In this document: piece by piece, positions 11,051-22,475 of the stretch
How positions within the stretch are numbered: position 1 is the first letter of the stretch
How the letters are laid out: each line of letters starts with the position of its first letter
Assembly: GCF_963921235.1 (NCBI RefSeq)
Contig: NC_086108.1
Coordinates: 82,586,001 to 82,650,000 of the forward strand
Length of the DNA: 64,000 nucleotides
Origin: Mobula hypostoma
Taxonomy: Eukaryota
Direction of reading: 5' to 3'
Notes under the pieces: generated by a model
What the model was told of the DNA's origin: nothing
What the model saw: the letters and a program-made list of their open reading frames with translations, nothing else
Databases searched by the model: none
Program-made: the position numbers and the translations under genes

Positions 11051-14000
11051 TGTATTTAAGAAAATTTGCTGTTTATGTAGGCTAGATCATATTTTATGTA
11101 ATAAAACATTCTCCTGCTAAGGACTCTGAGTTCTTTGAATTCTATATCTTTGAACATACTACAAACTGGCAATTACTGAGGAGCAAAACAAAAACAAGAA
11201 TTTTTTTTCTCACCATCTGGGTAAGGCAACACTGACTTAACACACTGCTCATCAACACAACAGACATAATTTACATTTCAGAGACAAAAATGGTTATCCT
11301 TTTCGATATTCTATCATGGCTCAAGCTCACACCTCACTAACCTTGTGTAAAATGTAAATAAAAATGCTTTAATCTGTACAGCAATTATCTTACAAAGACA
11401 TTATTATTTATTTAGAGATACAGCTTGGATCAGGCCCTTCCGGGATTCACATTTCTATCACTGTCTACATACCGATGTGCTCATCAATACACCCTTCCTC
11501 CTAATGCATTGACTTAGGCACCAAACCCCAGAGAATGAGGAGTGAAAGGATGTATTTGAAGACTCTGTGCTGTCTCTCACTGACTGTTTTGTGTATGTTG
11601 GCGCTCAGTAAAAGTTTTGGATCATCTACAGTCAGAAAAAGACTGACATAACACAGAATCCTGACATTCAGGATACACTTATGTTTTATTATAACTTAGT
11701 GCTGACATTATCTTGAGTATGGGTTTATTCTTGTTTACATTCTGTCTAGGTTATTCAGAAAAATGGACGAGTTGGGATTTTGAGCCGCAGCGAATTACTT
11801 TCACAGTGAAATTGCCCCAGTGTTCAGAACATCAGTACTGGGAAGCAGAATATATGCGGAGTAAAGTCAGTGATGTCAATACTGGGTTTGAATTCCTTGG
11901 GGTAGAAGTTTGTTTTGGGTCACTGAAGTGAACGGGTGATTTTGAATCAACTGCTTCTTAATATGTGGGATAAAATCGCTATTTCAGTGCAGCGACTGGA
12001 ATTTAATATTCAGCTTTGAGCATGTGGTTATAGTTGGTCTATAGATGTCTTCAAAAACAACACTCTCCGCCTTATACTTTATTCTGATTTCAATATTATC
12101 ACTGGGTATTTTTAAGACAGGGACAGCATCCGGTGTAAAATTTCCTCCACACTGCCCTCTGTATTGTGGCTCATCAGTAGAACCATTGCATTGTTCATTT
12201 TTACCAGGTTCATGTGATCAGTGTCTATGAGTAATGAGAACTCCGAACCAAAAGACCATTTTGAGCTGGGTTTGAATTTCACTGCTGGAGCTGAAAGTGC
12301 AATGTTTGGCTTCATTAGTTTCACCCAATTCTCGTGGAGGAAACACTTTCAGAAGCTCCCGGTTGTAAGTGAGAAGCTGTGATGTTAGCCCCATCTCTAC
12401 CTTAGTTTTCACTAATGTAATATATAGACCCTAGCTTTTGCCTGGAGATAATTTTGTTAGTTCATTTAGTACATGCTCTACAAGAGAATGATTTTGAAGC
12501 AAGCTTGGGGACTTCCAATAACAGATAATTGATTGTAGGAGTGAATTGATGGATAGTGTATATTCAAGTTAAATAAAGCTTATTTTACTTGGTCTAATTC
12601 TTCTACTAAAAGAGGAGACAGGCTTCATTCAAAGGTGCTTGTCTGCCAATTAGCGACTCTAGATTTTAGACAAATATGAACAAAATGATTTTGATATAAA
12701 CAAGAACAGTAAGCCAGATAATGGTATGTGCAGATTTTAATTAGTAAAAATTGCAAAGTGATACTGAAAATCAAAATAAAACTGCTGATGCTTATGTTGC
12801 ACATAGATATCACTGTTCACTGAGTTTACTTCTCTCATATATAGGATTACGGATCTTCACCATATTGTCATGATGGGGAAACAGGCACAATGATAAAGAT
12901 GTGATTGTTTTTACACAATGGGCTTTTTAAGGAATACTAGCAGTTTCTGTCAGACAATGACATAATGGGCCAAGGGAAGCTGTGGGGTTGTTAAAATCAA
13001 TGAAAGGATTCTTCACGGGAGAGAAGGATTAGAAAAAAAGTCATTGGTATAACATGCAAATTTAGTGAGCCATTAACAGTAGTTATGGGAATCTTGATCT
13101 TGATACATTGACTTTAAGCACGCCATTATGACAAGAACTATTTTTACTAGTGACTTTGGATATTTTACCTGATACGTTTTGTGCCTGGAGAAAATCACAG
13201 GATCTTCAACTGACAGTTATTGATAATGAACTTATGTGAAAGCCATGTTTGAATCATTTCACAATGAAATTGCAATTATAGATCTATTAACTGTTATCTA
13301 AAAGCATAAACAACACTACTGATCAAAGTGACCAGCCAGGAGAGAAACTGAATTATTTATTGCTAACAATTAAATCTACTACAGTCCCAAACTATCTGTA
13401 AACTGGAACCACTGTGTTGTGCCAAGTTATAAGTATTTTAGTAATCACATTTGGACCCAAGATTCTTAAATTTTACACAGGAAACTGATCTCTGCTCATT
13501 ACCGTAGCAAATGGACAAGATGACCTTTTTCTATTCCACACCTTCCTTGATCACTGTCTCACACCAAACCAATTAACAAATATCTATTTTATTTCCAATT
13601 TTATTTTTTTTTCACCAAGGTCACCTAATACTATCCTTGTGACTTGAATGTTGCCAATGATGTTGAGAAACTCATTCAAATGATTAATAGTTTAAATTCT
13701 GACTCTATCCCAGCCGGCCTCCCATTTCCCACTCTCCATACATATCAACATATGCTAACAGGCGCCATTTCAGTCAACTATTAACCCCCGTGTTCTGCGG
13801 CCTGCGCGATACCCAATGCAAACTGTTCCTCAGTTTTTAAACTGTTATTATTGTGTTTCTATCCAGCCAAGATTAAGGTTTGGAAATTTTCACTCTAGAT
13901 TAGGTTTCCATTTCAGTCTGAAACCTTTGACATAAACTCCCACCACGGACCTAATTGATGTGAGAAAACTGCGCTTTATAAACTAGGAAGAGAGGGAGTA

Positions 14001-14559
14001 ATTGGACGGGGGTGTGATTGAGTGCAGGAATGTCTCGGGGACCTCGTCGACCAGTCGCAATAGCTCCCGCCACCCAATTCCAAAGAGCACAGCACTGTGG
14101 AGGGATCCCTGGCTTCCAGCGACAAACTGATCCCAGTGCAGGCGTTTTCATATTGCTATCAAGAAACATGTATCGTAATATATCCTGTGGGTTAAGCCGT
14201 GCTTCAATAGTCTCGGTTTAAATGTGTGGAATGTTGCGTTGCCAGATCCATTTTTTACAGCAAGGCTCTGCTTTTAGAGAACGGAAATGCTATTTTGCCC
14301 AGTTGTACGATACTACTAATTCAATGACCATGCAGTTTTCAAATGTGTTGTTTAAGCAGGAGATTCCAATAATCTATTTTCGCTTTAATAATGCGTATGT
14401 GAACACTAAATGTTCCCCATCTGTCTCACAATCATTGTTATGTTTCTGCTCGCGCCGATAATATGGACATTGATCCAGAAACACGGGAGAATGCAGTCAC
14501 AATGTACGGTGAGTTGGCTTACGTGGTACAGAGCCTGACTTTGAACATTTAAGTAGAAC

Positions 14560-15560
14560 TTATCGGAATGCAGAAGACTTTTATTGGTAGCGACTTGTAG
14601 TTTACATACTGACCGAGAAGGCGAAATATTTTGTTATTTGAAATCGGCCTTCATTTCCAGCTTATAAATGACACCGATTGATTTTCTACCTCTACTTGCC
14701 ATTCTGGTGGTCTACGTTCTGGTTAGAGGTCGTAACATTACTCCTAGAACACACCTTCTATAAAGACAATATTTTTAGTGGACGCAATTATGAAGACATG
14801 TTAACAAGATTGAGATGTAATTTTGTTTTGTCAATAAGAATAAATTTCTTGATGAACTTAAACCAAGCCCAGCCTCTGCTGATGATTGCTTCTGTAATCA
14901 ATGCGAGAAGGAAGTGAAATTACGGTCGCTTGGAAGGGCAGCGCTTGGAATCGCGTTCCAAGAGCTGTCTTTCACACTTGGCGACATTTAAAAAAAAACT
15001 TTAAGACGAAATTTTTAGTCTTATTATCGGTGCCCTGTAAAAGATTTAAAAAATGCAAAAATTTACTTTTGCTTCCCCTGCCCACCGTTAATTTACTTAA
15101 AGTGAACGGCCACCAATTACTTCAGGAGATGTTTCGACGATCTTCCCAACTCAAATGTCTGCGCGCTAAGTTAATTTAATCGGGAGGTTGTGATACTAAT
15201 TGTCTTCTGAAAGGGCACTTATTAAAACTCATCGTATAATTGCTTTAATGATACCCTGGCACTAATGCGAAGTACCGATTTTTTAAATGTACTACCTGAA
15301 CTGATTTGCAATAGGTTACTTTTAACTTGAAGCTGGACTAATGAGATCTTTTTCAGAAGAACGTGTTGGTTTTAGCTTTCCCGTACAATTATTTGGTCAT
15401 TCCTGTTTTTAGGAATTGAAATGCGGTGAAGTTTCTCTTTTGCATACGCTTTTAAAGCATCTTGCTGGAGCTAGCAACATCCAGCTAGTCTTAGATTCAG
15501 TAACATCTTGCGTTGCGGTTAAGTCTTCATTCCGAAGTATGTATTTTTCACATTCTCTTG
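14560..15560 (-). other. dmbx1: Probable dmbx1 3'UTR with candidate polyA signal AATAAA (plus-strand tttatt at 14580-14585)
   Basis: Non-repetitive sequence following the stop codon. The end point is a guess; ATTAAA variants occur nearer the stop (~15175, ~15244). Confidence 0.4.
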
Positions 15561-15967
15561 TCAGTTCGGTAAGCTGTCAAGGCCCAGAGAGGCGGCGTGT
15601 TGCTTTGCTCGAAGCCGAAGGTTTTCAATGCTCGTGGTTTTGCTGTTGAGGTTAGGCAGCGCGCTTGATGCCTGCAGGATCGGACTGGACCACACTTGCT
15701 GGGCGTGCGACAGCGACTGGTAGTAGGACTGGCAGTGGAGAGAGCTGATGGGGGCTACGTTCATATTCATGCCCAGGTATGGCATGGCCGGAGGGCTACC
15801 CATGTCAAAGGAGGAGTAATGAACCAGGTTGTTGGTTGCTGCCATGTGCTGACGGAACTGCTCTTGCAGTCGGAACAAGCTCAGGGGAGACGAGGAATAT
15901 GAGTGGGTTTGCACCACATTACCTCCAGTGCTGGACGCGGGCGTCCCCGTCGTGTTGATGGGTGAAT
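15561..15967 (-). CDS. dmbx1: dmbx1 terminal coding exon with OAR domain (DSPINTTG...[27 protein letters not shown]...[27 protein letters not shown])
   Basis: Acceptor ttgctttcattag|AT completes a GAT (Asp) codon with the phase-1 G of exon 3. OAR motif [15 protein letters not shown] at 15563-15561. Total CDS 1095 nt = 364 aa plus stop. Confidence 0.96.
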
Positions 15968-16849
15968 CTAATGAAAGCAATGAATACAGCACAGATTTAG
16001 TTGGGGTACAGCCTTCCCTTACGTGAACAAAACAGATGGTTGAATTATTGTATATAACATAACACCGAAAAAGCTGTGACCATCTACTGCTGTTGTTCCA
16101 CGCCAACTCCGGAATACAATGAAAATGCAGAATATTTTCTAATGCTTAAACAGGTTTGTCTTCACCGGGGCTAGAAACTGAGCGCATAATCTGACCACCA
16201 TGGGACTAACTAGGGCTCTTCCAACACAATGAATAAAGCAGGTTTTTAAAGGTGACTCCCGCACGTCTAACGAAAGGTAAAATCGGCGTCAACAGATCCA
16301 CCCGTGCGTCCGCGTAAACATCCGCATAATCCCCGCAACATATGTAATTGGCAACAACTAAACAGGCGGATTGCTTTGGAGAAACTACCGTCATTACATT
16401 CTTAAAGTGCGGGCCTATGGGGTTCCTCTAGAATGGACTTTGGCTGTGCTTCATTCAACAAAAGTTTTCCAGTAGAGCTGACTTGACTTTAAGCCTCCTA
16501 GTGCAAACTAGCTCTCGACTCCTGGGTGTGAACGGCCATTTTCTGCTATTTGGAGGAGGACTGAGATGTGTCTTCCATAAAATACGGACACATCATCCTA
16601 GTCATTCGCTCTTGCGAGATCATGAAATGCTAGGAAGCTCTATATTGGCCAGCAGATTGAAGAGGGGGAAGAGGATGGTGGAACGGAATGTGTCTCATTC
16701 CTTTGCAATTATCACATCAGCCTGGAAGGCTAATGCCTGTGCGTGAGTCCGTGTGTGTTTGTAGTATTTTCTAGTGCTTTGAGATACAGTAACTGCTCTA
16801 TATAGAGTGAGAGTGCTGGAATTTCGGTAACCCGGTAGACTGAATGTCA

Positions 16850-17135
16850 AAGAGCACTGCAGCACAGAATCAGGCCCTACGGCCCATCTAGTTCGTGCAG
16901 AACTGTTATTCTGCGTAGTCTCGTCAACCCGCACGTTGACCATAGCCCTCCATACCGTACTTATTCAAACTTCTCTTCAATATTGCAATCGAACCCGCAT
17001 CCAACCCAACCTCTGGCTGCTCGTTCCAGACCCACATGGCCCTCTGAGTAAAAAACTTCTCCCCCAGGTTCCCCTTGAATATTTGAGCTTTCGCCCTTCT
17101 GTTCTAGTGTCACCCAACCTCAGTGGAAAAAGATC
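16850..17135 (-). mobile_element. Old CR1 3' end in dmbx1 intron 3
   Basis: Reverse complement resembles the CR1 3' end (tttttactcagagg...tggaacgagcagccagagg; gccgtagggcctgattctgtgctg). Confidence 0.6.
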
Positions 17136-17324
17136 TGAGGTTTTGTGAATTATTTACACTTCTCCTCGTTGACCAAATCCTTCACATCTACTGGAAGGAG
17201 AAGCGCGCCGACGTTGAGTGACCCCTCCCGAGACAACGTTCCCAGTATTGAGGCCCGAGCTACTTTCGGACTTTCACGTGCCTGACACCAAGGCACCAAA
17301 ACAAACACATGAAACGAGCTCTGG

Positions 17325-17630
17325 TAACTTACTTCGCGTAACGCCGCTGGCGCTTTGGGCAGCAATGAAGGTCCTCTGTCTTCATTGCCGTTTTCGTAAC
17401 TATTTTTTTTAAAACCAGTTAAGGTTGTTAGCCCTAAACTGAAGCTCCGAACCTGGAAGATTGGTGGACCACTCTTAGTCTGACCTCGACCCCTTGACCT
17501 TTGTGACATGGGTGAGGATCAAGGCACAAGGCCCCGACTCCGGCCAACATAGCTCTCCGAGTCATTGAGACACTCAAGCCTCCGAACCCTACGACAAAGT
17601 TGTGGTCCTCTTGGAGGGAGCTCTGGTAAG
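17325..17630 (-). mobile_element. Non-autonomous RTE-derived element (5'UTR fused to 3' end)
   Basis: Minus strand reads ccacaactttgtcgtagggtttcggaggcttgagtgtctcaatgac...gagtggtccacc, resembling the RTE/BovB 5'UTR. It ends ggaccttcattgctgcccaaagcgccagcggc with a (taag) tail. Confidence 0.6.
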
Positions 17631-18634
17631 GGAACGCATTACTAAGCAGACAGGAAAGCGTACAAGAATGTTTTCCAAACCTCCACGATGATGTGAGCAT
17701 TTCCACGAAATCCAGCGAATCCCTGCACCAAGTGGGGAAGACGCATTGGGAATGATATGGAAAACCTGGCGTTCGTGCACCAGGGAGCAAAGTATTGCGC
17801 GAACAGCGGAGGATGTAAAACATATCTCCAAGTTACCTACCCTCTCGTCTCCTTTGGCTCCTCTGCTGAAAAGTCTACAGTTCCTACTGTAACCTTATTC
17901 GCCAACGGTGAGCCCATAAAACTGGAGAAGCATCACGCCGTCCTTGATACGGCAGGATTGACTAAAGGCGTGTGTGAGTGTGGGGTTATTGATCAGGGAA
18001 TGAGAACCATGGGACCGAGATACTGAATACTGGAGTGTTGGCATATGCGGACAGAATCATGGTTGTCCGGTAAGATTGCCACTGCAGCCTATATCAAAGA
18101 TCATCCAGAGTTTTGACTTGTTTTACTTTCAAGTCTCCGGTGAGGCGCAATTAATTCAAACAGTGCATTGCTAAACGCACCTGGAAACCACAAAAATCAC
18201 ATAGCTGGTACTCAGACAAAGAACACATCAGTACTGACAGCCCTGGTTTCACTCGTCTGCGTTTGAAACCTGATGAGCTGTCAGAAAACTAATCATTGGA
18301 AATAAGATCTTTATCTGATCAAAACCAACATGACACCGACGCCGAGAGGTTGAGCGGAAAATCCCATCCAAACTTTTCAGCCTTCCACTTCATTAACAGG
18401 GATTCCGAACTATTAAAGTGCCGAGCTCTTCAAACTCGAGCTCGCGGAGGGACCAACGGAGGGTGCGGGTTGGAGACGCAGACTGCAGTCGACAAGGAAG
18501 GTATTGATCCAAGCGAGGCTAACCGGGTCACACCAGAGCAGGCCAGCCATCAACATGTTTTTTATTAACAAATGAACCTGGCCGTGCTCAGTCTCTATCC
18601 AGGACATCTATTTCACAAGGAGGCCGCAAGACAT

Positions 18635-19050
18635 GGCCTCGTACTCACTAATGTTTAGAAGAATGGGGGGGGGGGGGGTATCTCATTAAACCCTACCGGA
18701 TACTGAAAGGCCTAGATGGAGTGGATGTGGAGAGGATGTTTCAGTAGTGGGAGAGCCTAGGACCAGAGGACACAGTCGCAGAGTAGAACAGAGATGAGGA
18801 ATAATTTCTTTAGTCAGAAGGTGGCGAGTCCGTGGAATTCATTGCCACAGACGGCAAATCATTTGGTATACTGTATTTAAAGGGAAAGTTGATATGCTCT
18901 TGGTTTGTAAGGGCGTCAAAGGTTACAGGAAAAGGCAGGAGAATGAGGTTGACAGGGGAAATAAATCAGCCAGATCGAATGGCAGGGACGACTCGATGGG
19001 CGGAATGGCCTCATTCTGATCCTATGTCTTACGGTCGTGTGGTGTTATGG
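18635..19050 (+). mobile_element. CR1 3' fragment
   Basis: LYSL.FRR / GLDGVDVERMF / RTRGHS / WNSLPQ-like coding remnants and 3'UTR (gaatggcctcattctgatcctatgtcttacgg). Confidence 0.75.
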
Positions 19051-20071
19051 ATACAGAGCAACTGAATGCCAAACGAACTAGTTTTCACACTTTGGAGTTG
19101 AAGTAAAAAAACTTTTTTTTCCTCCCTCACGGCTCTTCATTCCTTTCAGCTGACTTTAGCTAATCTTTATGAAACACTGGTGGATCAGTAGAAATGTTTT
19201 CCTTCCCAATCATCCTTTGCTACCAACCTCAAGAACTGTCCTTTTCCGACTTCTAAATTTTGCCCAAAACAGTAGACATACAGACCTGAATGCATACCCA
19301 TTCTGCAGGAGACAATTGTTTTTTTTTTGTATTTTATATTTCACTGAACAACAAATACTAACAACCACAGAAACATCACTGCGCATAGTTCGCTAGTTCA
19401 ACCCATTGAACTATCTAATGAACAGGGTTGTGCTAGAACTCACTCCAGAGCCCCGTGGTTGGGATGCGACATTGATCCGACTTGATCGGAGGAGTGGCTT
19501 CGGGTTCTAGAATCCCGAATATTTTGAACAATGAAAAAAAGTTTGGAGGAATTTGGGATTTGTGCGGGAATGTACAAATCTGAGAGTACAGTCTGTATAA
19601 ATTCTATTGGCAGGAACCCTGGTGGCTTTAAATGACGAACAGATTGGGAATCGGGATGTAGTCACAAGAGGTTGTCTCCCGTGTGGGGAATCTTTTCCGC
19701 TTCTGAACAGATTAGATCTAGCCAGGAGAATGAGAGTTGTTTTAAAAAGCAGTCCATCTCTGAGCAGCTCGGAGGACTCAGCAATCTCTGGACTGGAGTC
19801 CGGGTGGATCTGAATTTAACGGCGGGCAACCTGCAACCACCATGTGCAGACTGGGAAATTTTGAAAGCCAACATAACGAGGAAGATAAATTTCAAACCAA
19901 AGCCTACTCCAGATACTTATGTTCAATTGTCATACCCTACAAATTGAGAAGCTTTGACTTGGAAATAGATTGGAAAGATGAGGCATCTCCTTCTCATTCT
20001 CCGCCCCTCCCCCGATCACCACATCTATCCTGCAGTTTTAAATCACGATTAGGCAGTTTCGATTCTATTAC

Positions 20072-20426
20072 CTGATTTGGGGCTCCCGCGTTTACAGGCC
20101 GCCGCTTTGCTCTCGGGACTGCAGCCCTTGTCCTGCCTGAGTTCCTCTGTCGGGGTTTTAAACTCCCGCTCTCTCTCCATCTGCTCCTCTGCCGATGATT
20201 CACTGTCTGACTGCTCGGCCGAGGTGACATTTAGCTCGATGTTAATCGGCTCGCCGCCAGCACTGTGTGGCTCGCTGACTTCTGAGCAGCCCTGAGTTTC
20301 TGTGGCTGGTTTCTCCGATTTTGTTCCATCGTGGCTCAGCTCGGCCTCTTTCTGTTTCTGCAGCTGCTCCTTCTGCAGACTGCGCTGCTTCTTGCGAAAT
20401 TTGGCGCGCCTGTTTTTAAACCACAC
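20072..20426 (-). CDS. dmbx1: dmbx1 coding exon 3 (VWFKNRRAKFRKKQRSLQKEQLQKQKEAE...CKRGSPKS)
   Basis: K50 homeodomain helix 3 (WFKNRRAK). Acceptor tccctttcag|GTG, donor TCAG|gtaata at 20071. 355 nt, phase 1. Confidence 0.96.
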
Positions 20427-20799
20427 CTGAAAGGGACAGGAATAGTCAAACTTTTATTGACTATTCAGCTTGATGTAACAGCTCAGCTCTACCCATAGGT
20501 GGAAGTTGTATCTAAAGAAAATGAATCTCAGGGTTCAATGTATTATGCATACTTTGGTAATAAATTAACTTTGGGCTTTGAACGAGAAAGATAGGAACGG
20601 GAATGTACTGGGACTCTGGAGGGAAATGGATGCCCATGGAAAAAGTCGGCATATCATTGTGGGCCGAATGGCGTGTTCCTATGCTGTACTCTTCTACGTT
20701 CGAATGACCCCTTTACCACTCCACCGACTTCCATAACTCAAACTAGAAATAGCGGCATGAACAGTGACATCGTCGCCGTCGACCCTTAGCAGTGTTTTT

Positions 20800-21245
20800 A
20801 AACGCATTCTGCCTGGATGCATGCGGCTTGGTGTGGCAACTGCTCTGCATGTGACCGCAAGAAGCTGCAGAGAACTGCGGACACTGTTCAGCACATCTCA
20901 AGAACCAGCCTCCCCTCTATGGGCTCTGTCTGTACAGTACTTCTCGCTACCAGTAAAGCAGCCGGCATAAGAAAGGACCACACCCAGCCCGATAATTCTG
21001 TTTTCTCCCCTATCCCATCCGGCAGAAGATACTTAATCCTGAAAACAGCAGGCTCCAAGGGCAGCTTCTATCCCATTGTTATCAGATACTTAAACGGGCC
21101 CATAGTGCGATAAGATGGATGATTGGCCTCACAATATGATCTTGCACTTTATCGTTTACCTGCTCTGTGCTCTTTTCCATGCTTTTAGATTTCATTCTGT
21201 ATTGTTATTGCTTTGCCTTATTCTATCTCAATACATGGTTTAATA
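20800..21245 (+). mobile_element. Rex-Babar-like LINE 3' fragment
   Basis: GCMHAAWCGNCSACDRKKLQRT..AQHI..SLPS...PSGRRY peptide. Confidence 0.65.
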
Positions 21246-21249
21246 GTTT

Positions 21250-21857
21250 AATTTTATTTATTTATTGAGACACATTGAAGGAGCAGGCCCTTCCGGCCCT
21301 TCGAGCTGTGCTGCCCAGCGATCACCCAATTTTATCCTAATCGCGAGACAATTTACAATGACCAATTACCCTACTAGGGCATGTGGCCAAGTGGTTAAGG
21401 CATTGGACTAGCGACCTGAAGGTCGTGAGTTCGAGCCCCAGCCGAGGGAACGTGTTGTGTCCTTGAGCAAGGCACTTAATCACACATTGCTCTGCGACAA
21501 CACTGGTGCCAAGCTGCATGGGTCCTAATGCCCTTCCCTTGGACAACATCGGTGTCGTGGAGAGGGGAGACTTGCAGCATGGGCAACTGCTGGTCTTCCA
21601 TACAACCTTGCCCAGGCCTACGCCCTGGAGAGGGAAGACTTTCCAGGCACAGATCCATGGTCTCGCAAGACTAACAGAGGCCTTAAAATTACCCTACCAA
21701 CCGGTAGGTCTTTGGAATGTGGGATGAAACTGGAGCACCTGGAGGAAACCCATGCGGTCATGGCGAGAACGTACAAACTCCTTACAGGCAGGGAGTTGAA
21801 CCTGGGTCGCTGGTGTTGTAAAGTGTTTTGTTAACCATTACGCTGCCATGCTGTCCC
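21250..21857 (-). mobile_element. V-SINE interrupted by a second SINE
   Basis: Minus-strand tRNA head (ggcagcgtaatggttaac...caggttcaactccc), V-domain gggtttcctccaggtgctccagtttc, and (taaa)n tail. Confidence 0.8.
21377..21686 (+). mobile_element. tRNA-headed CORE-like SINE with RTE-derived 3' part
   Basis: A box tggccaagtgg, B box gagttcgagccc, CORE-like gtgtccttgagcaaggcacttaa, and 13-bp TSD aattaccctac(t/c)a (21364-21376, 21687-21699). Confidence 0.82.
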
Positions 21858-22142
21858 TGTATAAACAGTATGCAAGACAAGCCTTTCACTGTATCCTTGT
21901 ACTGTGACAATAATAAACCAATACCAATGGAAATGTATTTTAAAATAGGAAGTGAAATCAGGAGAATTTTCTTCACTCCAAGGGAGGTAAACCTTTGAAA
22001 CTCTCCAACCAAGAGGAATTATTGAACTGGATGAATTACTGGATAGTAAAGGAAGCAAGAAACGTTTGGACAGTACAGCCACAATGCTGTTGACGAAGAA
22101 CTCAGGGGTCTATTGATCCTACTTCTTATGTTGGTAAATTTA

Positions 22143-22475
<333 letters not shown>

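Larger units (their letters stand above)
13710..20800. promoter_or_regulatory. CpG-enriched domain over dmbx1 exons 3-4, intron 3, 3'UTR and downstream flank
   Basis: CG dinucleotides are visibly frequent here compared with the CpG-depleted flanks (e.g. 9-13 kb, 52-57 kb). Judged by eye, not computed. Confidence 0.65.

Noticed and set aside
15968..16106. N-terminal part of the 181-aa ORF (MAWNNSS...YSLLSL)
   Set aside because: Intronic read-through upstream of the splice acceptor; DMBX1 similarity begins at DSPIN.
18270..18292. CTGATGAgctgtcaGAAA as a hammerhead core
   Set aside because: No closing stem II pair and no identifiable stem I/III; likely chance.
21377..21450. tRNA-like sequence with A and B boxes
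   Set aside because: It is a SINE head: it continues into a CORE-like body and is flanked by a TSD, with no clean cloverleaf.
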